Part shown: positions 8,885 through 19,183 of the stretch, piece after piece | Layout: every line of letters starts with the position of its first letter | How positions within the stretch are numbered: the stretch's first letter is position 1 | IMG/VR virus record: IMGVR_UViG_3300017780_003691 | Coordinates: 1-64,000 of that record | Length of the DNA stretch: 64,000 nt | Origin: a virus | Reading direction: 5' to 3' (one strand) | Notes under the pieces: generated by a model | What the model was told of the DNA's origin: nothing | The model's input: only the letters and a program-made list of their open reading frames with translations | Database searches by the model: none | Translations under genes and position numbers: made by a program

Positions 8885-8967
8885 AAACGAATCTCCGAAA
8901 ACGAATCTGAAAAAACGAATCTGATTTTACAAAGCGACGTTTAGCAAAGCGACCGAAGGCAAGCGAC
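8885..8967. promoter_or_regulatory. A-rich intergenic region with two triplets of direct repeats (AAAACGAATCTG x3 and CAAAGCGAC x3)
   Basis: Direct reading; each AAAACGAATCTG copy contains a GANTC (GAATC) site. Confidence 0.45.
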
Positions 8968-9207
8968 ATGGCCCGCACTCTGACTGCCACCTTCTCCGAT
9001 GGATCGCGGATCACCCGTCGCACGCCTCGCCACTACGAGGCCGCCTGGCGCTGCACCTTCACGAACTCACTCGGTGTGGGCGAGACCTGCACCGGGTGGG
9101 CCTTCACAAACGAAAACGCGATTAAGAGAATGGCCTCTTGGAAAAGCCAACTCGTCAAGGTCGGCGTGACCGACTTCGCTTTCGAGATCACGACGAAGGT
9201 GGCGTGA
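8968..9207 (+). CDS. hypothetical protein
   Basis: ORF. Confidence 0.4.
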   Translation: MARTLTATFSDGSRITRRTPRHYEAAWRCTFTNSLGVGETCTGWAFTNENAIKRMASWKSQLVKVGVTDFAFEITTKVA

Positions 9208-9995
9208 TGGGATACCTCTTCGACCGCTCCCGCCGGATCAGCATCGACGAAGGCACGAGCGAGCCCGTGGCCGCCGGCCGCGCGGTCTACGTGATGGAAG
9301 AGAGCGCACGGCAAGCTGCTGCGACGATCTTCGACGGCATGGACCCTCACCAGCTTGTCCGCTTCGCGTTCCTGCCCTTCCCGAAGGTCTGCATGGAGTG
9401 GCGCTACAAGGACGAGCAGGTATGCGTGCTGCTCGAAGAGGGCTCTGCCACGAACCAGCGAACAGGCGAGGAGTTCGGCGCGGTCGTTGTGGCGATCCTC
9501 GTCGAGAACGCGGCCGGGCGCCAGTGGCAATCGTCCCTCTACTACGTGCTCGGTGTGAGCGCGAGCGGCAACATCCCGTGGGACACGTCCTCGGCTAACG
9601 ACCTGGTGCCCGAAGACAAGCGCATGAGCAGGGAAGCGCAGACCAACATCCTGTCTGAGATCATCGTGCAGATGGCGCTCATCAACGCGCCTAACCTGCG
9701 CACCGCCGAGCCGCGCGACGTGAGCAAGCTCAACAAGGCGCGCGAGAAGAAGGGCCAGCCGACGCTTACGCCCTACACCATCATCCGCCCCACCAGCGAG
9801 ACCCGCGAGTGGATGCGCTCGAACGCCGACGTGGATCGCAAGCCCGCGATGGAGCACTGGGTCAAGGGCCACCTACACACCTATTGGACGGGCCCTAAGA
9901 AGGATCAGCAGAAGCCGATCATCAAGCTCCTGGCCCCGCACAAGCGCGGCAACCCGGAGCGCGGTGAGAAGGCGCAGAGGTACGTCGTCACATGA
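9207..9995 (+). CDS. hypothetical protein
   Basis: ORF (GTG/ATG at 9207-9212 within the 9138..9995 frame). Confidence 0.45.
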   Translation: MGYLFDRSRRISIDEGTSEPVAAGRAVYVMEESARQAAATIFDGMDPHQLVRFAFLPFPKVCMEWRYKDEQVCVLLEEGSATNQRTGEEFGAVVVAILVENAAGRQWQSSLYYVLGVSASGNIPWDTSSANDLVPEDKRMSREAQTNILSEIIVQMALINAPNLRTAEPRDVSKLNKAREKKGQPTLTPYTIIRPTSETREWMRSNADVDRKPAMEHWVKGHLHTYWTGPKKDQQKPIIKLLAPHKRGNPERGEKAQRYVVT

Positions 9996-10225
9996 ATCCG
10001 CGCTGGGGCTTTCGCATTTGGCTCGGCCTGATGGTCGGAGCGATCATCATGGGAGGCTGCGCGTCGCCGCCCAAATACAACTGCGAGTATTGGACACAGT
10101 TCGAGCCTGACATGCAGGCGAAAAGAGAGTATTGCTTCCCCGACTGCCCGTCCTGCGGCCCTGTGATCCGCAGCAGAAACCCCTACGAAGGATTGAAGCG
10201 TGATGTCGAGCCACAAGGAACTTGA
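9992..10225 (+). CDS. small putative lipoprotein, Cys-rich
   Basis: N-terminal hydrophobic segment ending in a loose lipobox-like IMGGC; six Cys in 77 aa. Confidence 0.4.
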   Translation: MNPRWGFRIWLGLMVGAIIMGGCASPPKYNCEYWTQFEPDMQAKREYCFPDCPSCGPVIRSRNPYEGLKRDVEPQGT

Positions 10226-10409
10226 CTGGATCATCGAGCGGGCGCCCATCACCAAGGCGATACGTCGGGCGCAAGACCTCTCGATCAACTTCTACTACCT
10301 CGCCGACACAGGCATGTCCGAACTCATGGATGCCTGCCACAGCGTCTTCTACGCGGCCCTGGTGGACGTGGACACGAAGCACTACGGCTGCGTGCAGGAA
10401 CTCGCATGA
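10200..10409 (+). CDS. hypothetical protein
   Basis: ORF. Confidence 0.3.
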   Translation: MMSSHKELDWIIERAPITKAIRRAQDLSINFYYLADTGMSELMDACHSVFYAALVDVDTKHYGCVQELA

Positions 10410-10615
10410 GCTACGCCGCACAAGTCCGCAGCATGAACGCGCACGAGCGTTTCCAACTCGTGAACGCGCTGCTCGCGATCTCCATCCAGCGGCACGGGCC
10501 TCTGTTGCTGACGCCGGCTGAAATCTGCCTCGAACTCATGGGCGGTCACGACGAGAAGCTGTTCGTGCGCGACCTGCCCGATGGCAGCTTCTCGGTGGAG
10601 GTTCGCCCGCTATGA
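10406..10615 (+). CDS. hypothetical protein
   Basis: ORF, coupled stop-start. Confidence 0.3.
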   Translation: MSYAAQVRSMNAHERFQLVNALLAISIQRHGPLLLTPAEICLELMGGHDEKLFVRDLPDGSFSVEVRPL

Positions 10616-10851
10616 TCGACGATGACGCTCTGATGCGTGAGTTCCGAATCCTGGTCTCGAAGACAGACCGCATCCGTAAAGAGGGGCGCCGCACAGGCAA
10701 GTACCCCTCCGAATACCATGACATGTTGGGCCGTCTCCAGGATGTCAGGCGTGAAGCGCAGAAACGGAAACTCATCGAGAGTTCGCGGGGCGAGACTTTT
10801 AGCCCTCGCAATTCTCCGACCTTCAACCCGGTGCGTGGACTGAGGCACTGA
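10612..10851 (+). CDS. hypothetical protein
   Basis: ORF, coupled stop-start. Confidence 0.3.
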   Translation: MIDDDALMREFRILVSKTDRIRKEGRRTGKYPSEYHDMLGRLQDVRREAQKRKLIESSRGETFSPRNSPTFNPVRGLRH

Positions 10852-11672
10852 TGAAACGCCGCGACCAGATCACCCACAAAATCCTCCAACGCTCGCACCT
10901 CGAAGATCGCGGCTATCGCGACCCCGAGACGGGCGAGAAGTCGCTGTGCCGCATCTGGGATGGGCCCACCAGCGGCAGCGAGGACAAGACCAGGGGCCAC
11001 GGCTACGGCCGCATGAACCTCGATGGCGCGACTGTTGCAGTTCACATCGCCGCGTGGGTCAACGAGAACGGCCTGATCCCGCCACGAAAACAACTTGACC
11101 ATTTGTGCCGTCAACGAGACTGCTGCGAGGAGCGACACTTGAAGCTGAAGACGCACAAGCAGAACCAGCGCAACAAGGCGCCGAAGGCCGCGCCCCCGCC
11201 CGAGCACTACATCACTCGGATTTTGCGGCTTTACCCCGGCATCGGGGCGGGCAAGCTGAAGATGATCCATGACCAATGGCCTCCTGAGATGATTGAGCGC
11301 GCGGTTCTCGACTGCCCTGTTGGGTTCTTTGCCCACTACCTCAACTCGATGAAGGGCATCGCCTGCGGCCAAGACATCGAAAACGAATTGCGCGCCAAGC
11401 TGAAACGCGCCGATTACGTTCGCAGCACGCACCCCCTCGAACTCGAACAGCCGAAGCCCCGCATTGTCGCGCCCTATGACGCGATCCTGTGCCCCGGCAT
11501 CGACGGAAACGGCTGTGACTATTGCGGCCCCATCGGCTCGGGCCTCCCACCGCCGCCCACTACCATCGTAATGAGCCGGCAGATGTTTGAGCACATCTCA
11601 GGCGCAATAATCGGCCACGACATCCCTGCGGAGCGCCTGCCTCCGCCTGCACCCGAGGTAACTGACGAATGA
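10851..11672 (+). CDS. HNH endonuclease
   Basis: CRIWDGPT...GYGRMNLDG...HIAAW...DHLCRQRDCCEERHL matches the HNH_3-type His-Asn-His nuclease core. Confidence 0.75.
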   Translation: MKRRDQITHKILQRSHLEDRGYRDPETGEKSLCRIWDGPTSGSEDKTRGHGYGRMNLDGATVAVHIAAWVNENGLIPPRKQLDHLCRQRDCCEERHLKLKTHKQNQRNKAPKAAPPPEHYITRILRLYPGIGAGKLKMIHDQWPPEMIERAVLDCPVGFFAHYLNSMKGIACGQDIENELRAKLKRADYVRSTHPLELEQPKPRIVAPYDAILCPGIDGNGCDYCGPIGSGLPPPPTTIVMSRQMFEHISGAIIGHDIPAERLPPPAPEVTDE

Positions 11673-12451
11673 CATCTGCACCGAAGATCGGCGTCTACGC
11701 CATCATGCGCGACGAGGCCGCCAACGTGGATGCGTGGGTCGACTCCGTCCACATCGCAGACCATGTGATCGTGCTCGACACCGGATCGAAGGACGGCACG
11801 CCGCGCAAGCTCGACCAGGCGATGATGCGAGAAGGCGTGAGGCGCTTTCAGATCGCCGAGGGCCATGTGCAGCCGTGGCGCTTCGACGTGGCCCACAACG
11901 CCGCGCTGGCCCTGATGCCTGCCGACATCGACATCTGCGTGCCCCTGGCCGCCGACGAACGCCTCAACAAGGACTGGTACGACTGCATACAGGACGCGGT
12001 GATCCCGACCGGCCCGATCACGCACCCCACGAAGTTCACTTACCGCTATCAGTTTGCGCCGGGCATGAGCTTCAACCACGACCGCATTCACTCGCGCGAC
12101 GGCTTCCACTGGCGCTATCCCTTCCACGAAGGCGTCTACCCCTATGGCGAGGCGCCAGAGAAGCGCATTCACGTGCCAGCCCTGAAGATCACGCAGACGC
12201 AGAACGCCGCCGTGGATCGCGGCAAGCGCGACCTGGTGCTCGCGGAGATGGCGCTCAAGGAATTTCCGCACGATCCGCGCATGACCTTCTACGCCGGCCG
12301 GCAGTTCATGTATGCGGGCGACATCGACCGCGCGCTGATCCTGCTCCACAAATACTTCCATGTGGCGCGGGCCGCAGGGCACAACCACCCGGTCGAGGCG
12401 CAGTGGTGCGCCGAGGCCATCGCCGAGTGCTACAGAAGGAAAGCGGGCTGA
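11669..12451 (+). CDS. glycosyltransferase family 2-like protein (GT-A fold) with helical C-terminal domain
   Basis: N-terminal IGVYAIMRDEA...VIVLDTGSKDGT resembles the GT2 nucleotide-sugar binding region. Confidence 0.55.
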   Translation: MTSAPKIGVYAIMRDEAANVDAWVDSVHIADHVIVLDTGSKDGTPRKLDQAMMREGVRRFQIAEGHVQPWRFDVAHNAALALMPADIDICVPLAADERLNKDWYDCIQDAVIPTGPITHPTKFTYRYQFAPGMSFNHDRIHSRDGFHWRYPFHEGVYPYGEAPEKRIHVPALKITQTQNAAVDRGKRDLVLAEMALKEFPHDPRMTFYAGRQFMYAGDIDRALILLHKYFHVARAAGHNHPVEAQWCAEAIAECYRRKAG

Positions 12452-12834
12452 TGTTCGACTGGATCGCAATCGGCTTCGGAGCGTCCCTCGGGGTGTTCCT
12501 ATTCGTGGTCGCCCTGATCTTCGCAGTGCTCGTGCTCTGCGTGATCGGTGGCCTGATCTTCTGGAGCGTGGCGAAACTTCACAAGCATAACGACGGGGTC
12601 GCGATGCGGTGGGACTCCATCGAGCGCCAGGCGGAGGAGCGTTGGGGGGAGATCGACCGAGCAAACCGTCGACTCCTGCGTGAAGCACAGATCGTGCGTC
12701 TCAGGCCCTTGCTCACACCGATAAAGCCGATGAGCAAGCAACACCGCGACCTATACTACGGTGATCCGGACGAAAATCTGCGCCTGCACTTCCCTGGCGC
12801 CAACATCAAGAAGGGCGGGTTTTACAGGCCATGA
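12450..12834 (+). CDS. hypothetical membrane protein
   Basis: ATG 12450 opens the credible C-terminal part of the 11734..12834 frame; long hydrophobic helix at the N-terminus. Confidence 0.4.
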
Positions 12835-13037
12835 GAGTCGAGTTCTTCAACGTCTCGAAGAAGCACCTTTGGACCGGCGATGTCGGCTTCCCGATCCCAC
12901 GGATCGGCGAGACCATCACCTTCTCGCAACCCGAGGGCAGCGGCTTCCCGAACCGCGTGATCCACGTCCACTACGTCGCCGTGAACGGCATCGGCCGATC
13001 CTACGTCGAGGTCTTTGTCAATGAGGAAGGCTCATGA
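12831..13037 (+). CDS. hypothetical protein
   Basis: ORF. Confidence 0.35.
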   Translation: MRVEFFNVSKKHLWTGDVGFPIPRIGETITFSQPEGSGFPNRVIHVHYVAVNGIGRSYVEVFVNEEGS

Positions 13038-13360
13038 GAATCGCAACCAAGCTCGGCCTCGCGGAGTGGCTGGAGAAGGAAGCCGCCGACAGTGAGCGGT
13101 TCCTGCGCAACGCACCCTACTGCTCACCGCAGCAGAGAGCCCGCTTCCTCGCCAACATCTACAACAACCGCGTGGCTGCCTTCGCGATCCGTCGGCTCGA
13201 AACTGAGCAGGAGATCGAGATGCTGGAGTGGCAGGCGGGCGGCCAGGCAAACGGCGATGAGCCAGGTCCGATCACGATCCTGCGGCCGGAACCCCCGCCT
13301 CCACAGAAGAAGCGGTCGTGGCTCGACAACTTCCGCGATCCGCTCGGAGTCTATGCCTGA
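13034..13360 (+). CDS. hypothetical protein
   Basis: ORF. Confidence 0.4.
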   Translation: MRIATKLGLAEWLEKEAADSERFLRNAPYCSPQQRARFLANIYNNRVAAFAIRRLETEQEIEMLEWQAGGQANGDEPGPITILRPEPPPPQKKRSWLDNFRDPLGVYA

Positions 13361-13599
13361 TGCCATATCGTCCATTGAAGGGTCGCCCAACTCCGAAAGA
13401 GTTGCGGCTCGCGGTCGATTGGCTGCGCAAGAACGATGTCGAGGACGAATCCGGTATCGCGTGCCAGAAGGCCGCGAACCTGCTCAAGGGCCTTGCGGGG
13501 CACGATGAGCGGAAGATGGAGCTTCACACGATTGGTCTCGACAGCCCCGAACTCCGAGATATGCTCGCTGCGCTGGATTCTGAGGGCCTTCTGCCCTAG
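13360..13599 (+). CDS. hypothetical protein
   Basis: ATG 13360 within the 13318..13599 frame. Confidence 0.35.
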   Translation: MPYRPLKGRPTPKELRLAVDWLRKNDVEDESGIACQKAANLLKGLAGHDERKMELHTIGLDSPELRDMLAALDSEGLLP

Positions 13600-13673
13600 T
13601 GGGGATTTTCAACCTTTTTCGACCCGCAGAAAATTATTGACGATTTGACGATGAAACCGAGTTTTGGAACCTA

Positions 13674-14066
13674 ATGGCGGCCCGTTCAAAAACACCGAAG
13701 CTCGACGCTGCCGTGGCCTGGCTCGCACAGGCGAAGAAGGGCGAGCGCATGGAGGTCTGGCGCGGCCACCTCGACCGTGCGTGCGCGACCCCGGAATCAA
13801 ACATGAGCAACGCGCAGCGGCGGGCGCACCAGGCGGCCTCGCGCAAGGCCCGCAAGCTCGGCAAGCCGCGACCCGATCCGCCCGATCCATACGCCAAGGT
13901 GCGAGACGAGGCACGGCTCATGATCGAGTGGCTTGAACGCAACGAGCTTCGCGGCCTCATCGAGATCAAGATCACAGTGATGGATGCGAAGCAGCACGAC
14001 CGCATCTACGAAGTCGAGTGCGCAGTGCAGCGCAATGGCCTGGCAGCAGTGCGAGCGCGCAGGTGA
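13674..14066 (+). CDS. hypothetical basic protein
   Basis: ORF. Confidence 0.4.
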   Translation: MAARSKTPKLDAAVAWLAQAKKGERMEVWRGHLDRACATPESNMSNAQRRAHQAASRKARKLGKPRPDPPDPYAKVRDEARLMIEWLERNELRGLIEIKITVMDAKQHDRIYEVECAVQRNGLAAVRARR

Positions 14067-14941
14067 GCGGCGCATACTACAACGAGTTCGATCCCTTCGC
14101 GGCCGAGTGGCTGCGCAACCTCATCAAGGCGGGTGAGATCGCGCCAGGCGATGTCGACTCACGCAACCTCTGGGACGTGACGCCAGACGATCTCAAGGGC
14201 TACACCCAAGTTCATCTCTGCGCCGGCATCGGCATCTGGAGCAGGGCTCTACGCGAAGAAGGAATCCCCGATGACCTCCCACTCTGGAGCGCCAGCTTCC
14301 CTTGCCAGCCTTTCAGCACGGCAGGCAAAAAACTTGGGTTTGCTGACGAGCGGCACCTATGGCCCGCCGGGCTGCACCTCATTCGCGAGCGACTGCCTGA
14401 CCGCATCATTGGCGAACAGACTTCGAGCCTACGTGGACTCGCTTGGATGGAGCTTGTTCAAGCTGACCTGGAGGCAGCGACGTATGCCGTCGGGCGCGTT
14501 GATACCTGCGCTGCGGGCTTCGGTAAGACCCCCGGCCGAGCGTACCATTGGCGTCACCGAATCTACTGGTGTGGAGATCGCCGGGTGGACCTCCCCGCAG
14601 GCGTCCGACTCACACGGCGCAGGCATGAACCAGAACACGGCGTCGCTGTGCCAGCAGACCCGAGCGATGCTCGCGGGGTGGGCCACACCGACAGCGAGCG
14701 ACGGCTCCGGTGGGAGGACTACCAAGACGAAGGGCGGTGGCTCGGTGTTCCTGGACAAGCAGGCTCGGGAGTTGACCTCGTTGCCTGCGTCGATGGCGCC
14801 TGGCGGCCGGTTGAACGCGGCTCATTCCCGCTGGGTCATGAGGATACCGCGCGTGTGGGACGACTGCGTGCCTACGGCAACGCGCTCGACCTCGAACAAG
14901 CCAAAGGCTTCGTCAAAGCGTGGAAAGAGGCCGTCCTCTAG
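14018..14941 (+). CDS. DNA (cytosine-5)-methyltransferase, reading frame apparently disrupted by two compensating frameshifts
   Basis: Frame A carries motif IV FPCQPFSTAG and the C-terminal RAYGNAL motif; the central part (FGKTPAERTIGV, GWTSPQASD, GWATPTASDGSGG, RWVMRIPRVWDD) reads in the alternative frame listed as ORF 14271..14966; switch points at C5 run 14529-14533 and near 14865. Confidence 0.6.
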   Translation: MRSAAQWPGSSASAQVSGAYYNEFDPFAAEWLRNLIKAGEIAPGDVDSRNLWDVTPDDLKGYTQVHLCAGIGIWSRALREEGIPDDLPLWSASFPCQPFSTAGKKLGFADERHLWPAGLHLIRERLPDRIIGEQTSSLRGLAWMELVQADLEAATYAVGRVDTCAAGFGKTPGRAYHWRHRIYWCGDRRVDLPAGVRLTRRRHEPEHGVAVPADPSDARGVGHTDSERRLRWEDYQDEGRWLGVPGQAGSGVDLVACVDGAWRPVERGSFPLGHEDTARVGRLRAYGNALDLEQAKGFVKAWKEAVL

Positions 14942-14990
14942 CAATTTGGACCGTATTCTGGGATAGGTAGCCGGCAGCAGGGAGTCGGCC

Positions 14991-15698
14991 ATGCCTGGAC
15001 CTTTCACATTCGGAAACATGGGCGGCGGTGGAGGCGGTGGCGGTGGCGGTGGCCCGGTCGCCGCTTCGAGCGTCACCGTGACGAATGACGGATACTCGAA
15101 CGCGCAGGAAATCTTCGACGATCTCCTCTACGTTCCGCTCTCGATCTCCAGCTTCACAGGCGGCAGCACGGTCGAGATCGGCAGCACCGTGAACACGGTC
15201 AACCTCGCCTGGTCCTACAACAAGGACGTGACGGCGCAAGAGATCAACCAGAGCATCGGCTCTCTCGATCCGGCCGACCGCACCTACAACATCACGAGCC
15301 TCGGTCTCACCACGAACAGGACGTGGACCCTCTCGGCCACCGACGGCACGACTCCGGACACCGCCAACACGAGCGTCACGTTCCTCCCGAAGAGGTACTG
15401 GGGTGTGTGGGTCGATGACAATCCGGACAACACCGACATCCTCACGCTCTCCAACGAACTCACCACCAGCCGCGCCAAGTCGATCACCTATGACTGCACA
15501 GGCGGGCGCTATCCGATCTACGCCTGGCCGAAGAACCTCGGCGCGCTGACCGGGGTGACAGTTGGTGGTCTCGCGTTCTCGGCATACACCGTGAGCGAGA
15601 TGAGCTTCACCAATGCTCAAGGCTACACGCAGGACTACTACGTCTTCGTGTTCAATGGCATCCAGACAGGGGCGGCGATCAACGTCGTGTTCTCATGA
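14991..15698 (+). CDS. virion structural protein with a 12-residue poly-Gly tract
   Basis: S/T/N-rich composition typical of fibre or adhesin proteins; immediately upstream of the collagen-like fibre gene; (GGY)n DNA repeat 15018-15056. Confidence 0.5.
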   Translation: MPGPFTFGNMGGGGGGGGGGGPVAASSVTVTNDGYSNAQEIFDDLLYVPLSISSFTGGSTVEIGSTVNTVNLAWSYNKDVTAQEINQSIGSLDPADRTYNITSLGLTTNRTWTLSATDGTTPDTANTSVTFLPKRYWGVWVDDNPDNTDILTLSNELTTSRAKSITYDCTGGRYPIYAWPKNLGALTGVTVGGLAFSAYTVSEMSFTNAQGYTQDYYVFVFNGIQTGAAINVVFS

Positions 15699-18600
15699 GC
15701 AACATCCCCGGCACTAACATCGCGGCGCCCGTCACCCCGTTCACGACGGACGATGAGTACCCCACGCACGTCGATAAGTATGGGCAGGGCGGCTACGTCG
15801 CCTTCGATACGATTGCCGAGCGCGACGCACACCCTGCGGATCGTCTCGTCCTGATGATGATGTGCGGCGTGGTCGAGACCGGCCTGACCTACATCTACAA
15901 CGGCGAGGACTCGAACAGCGGGCCGGTGTGGACCGCGTTCGAGGGCATCGACGGAGCGACCGGAGCCACAGGCCCGACCGGACCCACCGGCCCCACGGGT
16001 GCGACCGGAGCCACAGGCGCGACGGGTGATGTCGGCATCAACTGGCGCGGACAGTGGACTTCGGGCGATGCATACCTGCCCGGCGACGCGGTCTACTACC
16101 ACCACACCAACATCGAGACGTGGGCGGGCACCTCCTGGTATTGCCTCGATGCGAACACCAACAGCAAGCCCTCGCCGAGCAACCCTGACTGGGATCAGAT
16201 GGTTCGCGAGGGCTTCACCGGAGACACCGGACCCACAGGCGCGACAGGCGCGACAGGCGCGACCGGCGCTGCTTCCACCGTGCCAGGCCCGACAGGCGCG
16301 ACAGGCGCGACCGGAGCCACAGGACCGACCGGAGCCACCGGAGCGACGGGCGCTGCGTGGGTGTGGCAAGGTGATTGGAACAGCGCCACGGCTTACGTCA
16401 CCAACGATGCGGTCTACCATCTCGGGTCGAGCTACATCGCGCTCCAAGGCAGCACCGATGTCGAGCCCGATCTCGACTCCAACTCGGCTTCCTTCTGGGA
16501 CATCCTCGTGCTCGCGGGCGCCACAGGTCCGACCGGCGCGACAGGGGCCACAGGCGCGACAGGGCCGACCGGCCCCACCGGAGCCACGGGTGCAGACTCC
16601 GTCGTTCCTGGCCCCACAGGAGCCACCGGAGCCACGGGGGCCACGGGTCCGACAGGGCCGACCGGCGCGACCGGCGCTGCGTGGGTCTGGCAGGGCACGT
16701 GGGACGCCGGCACGGCCTACGTGACGAACGATGCGGTCGAGTTCTCGGGCTCGTCCTACATCGCTCTCCAGCCCAGCACGAACGTCGAGCCTGACCTCGA
16801 TTCCAACTCCGCATCCTTCTGGGACTTGATGGCCCTCGAAGGCGCGACCGGAGCCACCGGGGCCACGGGCGCGACCGGCGTCACCGGCCCGACCGGACCC
16901 ACCGGAGCCACGGGCCCCACGGGTGCAGCGGGCTCTGGGTTCGATTGGCGCGGCACGTGGTCGGCGGGTGCGACCTATGCCACGGATGACGTGGTCCGTT
17001 TCAACGGCTCGACATACATCGCCGTCGATCCGGTCGGCCCGAGCGCCGATGACCCGACCGTGGACACCGTCAACTGGAACCTCTTCACGAGCATCGGCTC
17101 GACTGGCCCGACTGGCGCCACAGGTGCGACCGGAGCCACCGGACCCACGGGTGCGGCAGGCGCAGGCATGACCTGGCGCGGAGCGTGGTCTGGCGTCACG
17201 GCTTACGTCGTGGGCGATGGTGTCGAACGCAACGGCTCATCCTACATCTCGATCCTCAACGGCACGAACCAAGACCCCGTGTCGCAACCGACGTACTGGA
17301 CGCTGTTCGCAGCGGCCGGGGCGACCGGAGCCACGGGTGCGACCGGCGCCACGGGTGCGACCGGAGCCACCGGCCCCACGGGTGCGACCGGAGCCACGGG
17401 AGCCACGGGTGCAGCGGGAAGCGGCGGCTCGTCTGCGCGCAAACTGATCGGCCACTTCATCGGCGCGTCGAAGCTGATGTTCACGTCGAAGGGCGCCACC
17501 ACGGTTCAATCGAACAAGCTCGCCTACTCGCAAACCCTCGGGCGCTTCGTCGCGGTCGGCATCGACACCGACACGAGCAGTGTGCAGACCAGCGAGGACG
17601 GATTGGTGTGGACTGTTCGCACGGCTGCGGCTGTAGGCCCGTGGTACTCTGTCTGCTGGTCGGAAGAACTCGACCTGTTCGTGGCCGTCGGCAACGGCTC
17701 CTCGAACAAGGTCATGACCTCGCCTGACGGCATCACGTGGACTGGCCGCACCGCAGCCACCGCCGAGAACTGGAACGAGGTCATCTGGGTTGCTGATCTC
17801 ACGCTGTTCGTCGCGTGCAGCGGATCGAGCGGCACGACCACCGGCATCATGACTTCACCGGACGGCACGACGTGGACGAGCCGCACGATTCCCGACAACA
17901 CGCGGACCTACTTCGGCCTCGCCTACCACGATGAGACGGGCACCATTGTCGCGACAGGATCATCGGGCACAGGCGCCGACCGCGCCCTGTCTTCGACCGA
18001 CGGCACGACGTGGACCCAGCGCACGATGCCTTCGGCTTCGACCTGGCGGCGCTGCGCGTACTCGCCGACCCTCCAGCGAACAGTCTGCGTGGGAAGCTCG
18101 GTCGCGGCCTACACCGACGACGGCACGACATGGACCGCAGCCACGACTCCGCCAGGCGGCACGGCCTACGAGGTGCAGTGGAGCGAAGAGGCGCAAATCT
18201 TCATCGCAGGCGGCACGGGCGGCGCGTGGTGGTCTCTCACGGGTGATGTGTGGACCGTGTTCGACACGACCGGCTTCGCGCACAACTGGATCGGCATCGT
18301 CTGGTGCGACGACCTGAAGTGCTTCGTCATGCAATCGCAGGACGGTGCGGCTGCGACCGGCGGTGCGATGACCGCCTCGATCTACAGCTACCCCTTCGTG
18401 TCTCCGATGAGCGGCACCTACACGCCGACCCTGACGAACACCACCAACGTCGCAGCATCGACAGCGACCACGTGCCAATGGTCTCGTGTCGGCAACATCG
18501 TGACTGTCAGTGGCAAGGTCGCCATCGACCCGACCGCCTCGGCAGCTAACACGGTGCTCGGCTTCTCACTGCCCATCGCGTCGAACCTGCAAGCCGATGA

Positions 18601-18754
18601 GCAATGCACCGGCTGCGGCTTCTGCTTCGCCGTGCAGCAGGGCCTCGCGATCTTCGGCGACACGACCAACGACCGCGCGACGTTCCGCTTCCTCGCCAAC
18701 GATGCATCGAACCGCGAGTTCTTCTTCACCTTCCAATACCAAATCCGCCCGTAG
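15695..18754 (+). CDS. tail fibre protein with collagen-like GXY repeats and C-terminal BNR/Asp-box repeats
   Basis: Many G-A/P-T triplet runs interleaved with five copies of a conserved roughly 50-aa module (W.G.W....Y..D.V...[24 protein letters not shown]); C-terminal S/T-x-D-G-x-T-W repeats (at least 5) typical of beta-propeller BNR domains. Confidence 0.8.
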   Translation: MSNIPGTNIAAPVTPFTTDDEYPTHVDKYGQGGYVAFDTIAERDAHPADRLVLMMMCGVVETGLTYIYNGEDSNSGPVWTAFEGIDGATGATGPTGPTGPTGATGATGATGDVGINWRGQWTSGDAYLPGDAVYYHHTNIETWAGTSWYCLDANTNSKPSPSNPDWDQMVREGFTGDTGPTGATGATGATGAASTVPGPTGATGATGATGPTGATGATGAAWVWQGDWNSATAYVTNDAVYHLGSSYIALQGSTDVEPDLDSNSASFWDILVLAGATGPTGATGATGATGPTGPTGATGADSVVPGPTGATGATGATGPTGPTGATGAAWVWQGTWDAGTAYVTNDAVEFSGSSYIALQPSTNVEPDLDSNSASFWDLMALEGATGATGATGATGVTGPTGPTGATGPTGAAGSGFDWRGTWSAGATYATDDVVRFNGSTYIAVDPVGPSADDPTVDTVNWNLFTSIGSTGPTGATGATGATGPTGAAGAGMTWRGAWSGVTAYVVGDGVERNGSSYISILNGTNQDPVSQPTYWTLFAAAGATGATGATGATGATGATGPTGATGATGATGAAGSGGSSARKLIGHFIGASKLMFTSKGATTVQSNKLAYSQTLGRFVAVGIDTDTSSVQTSEDGLVWTVRTAAAVGPWYSVCWSEELDLFVAVGNGSSNKVMTSPDGITWTGRTAATAENWNEVIWVADLTLFVACSGSSGTTTGIMTSPDGTTWTSRTIPDNTRTYFGLAYHDETGTIVATGSSGTGADRALSSTDGTTWTQRTMPSASTWRRCAYSPTLQRTVCVGSSVAAYTDDGTTWTAATTPPGGTAYEVQWSEEAQIFIAGGTGGAWWSLTGDVWTVFDTTGFAHNWIGIVWCDDLKCFVMQSQDGAAATGGAMTASIYSYPFVSPMSGTYTPTLTNTTNVAASTATTCQWSRVGNIVTVSGKVAIDPTASAANTVLGFSLPIASNLQADEQCTGCGFCFAVQQGLAIFGDTTNDRATFRFLANDASNREFFFTFQYQIRP

Positions 18755-18763
18755 GAGATCAGC

Positions 18764-19183
18764 ATGGCCCGCGTACTACTCATCGTCTCGGAGCCCGGCG
18801 GCTGGTCCGACGGCCTCATCAGGGGCAACCCGCAGGACTACAAAGAGATCGCAGAGGAGGACTCCAACTCGGGCCTCGACGGCACGTGGATCGACTCGGG
18901 TCTCAACCTCGTCACCGGCCGCAACGCCGTGGACCGAAACGGGAATGGCACCGACAAGCTGCTGGTCGTGGTGGCGCGGGAGTCCTGCGACCTGGTCGTG
19001 ACCCGTGCCGGCCAAGACCCGACCACGGTCAACAGCGTTGTGCCGATCCCGGTCGCCCCGGAAGGCATCACCCAATACACCTGTTTGCTGGGGCGGGATG
19101 TGGCTAACGTCTACGTCAGGCTGTTCGCAATGCCCGAGTCCGAGCCCACTCAACCGTGGTGGAAGATTTTCTGGCCCTTCTAG
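18764..19183 (+). CDS. small virion-associated protein (possible fibre assembly or accessory)
   Basis: ORF directly after the fibre gene; carries the EEDSNSG motif. Confidence 0.45.
   Translation: MARVLLIVSEPGGWSDGLIRGNPQDYKEIAEEDSNSGLDGTWIDSGLNLVTGRNAVDRNGNGTDKLLVVVARESCDLVVTRAGQDPTTVNSVVPIPVAPEGITQYTCLLGRDVANVYVRLFAMPESEPTQPWWKIFWPF

Noticed and set aside
11734-12834. 366-aa ORF overlapping the GT2-like gene in another frame
   Set aside because: N-terminal 240 aa are Arg-rich antisense-like frame. Only the C-terminal membrane segment from ATG 12450 looks coding.
14271-14966. 231-aa ORF treated as an independent gene
   Set aside because: Its credible portion is the central segment of the C5-methyltransferase read in a shifted frame. 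N- and C-terminal parts are out-of-frame with the MTase motifs.
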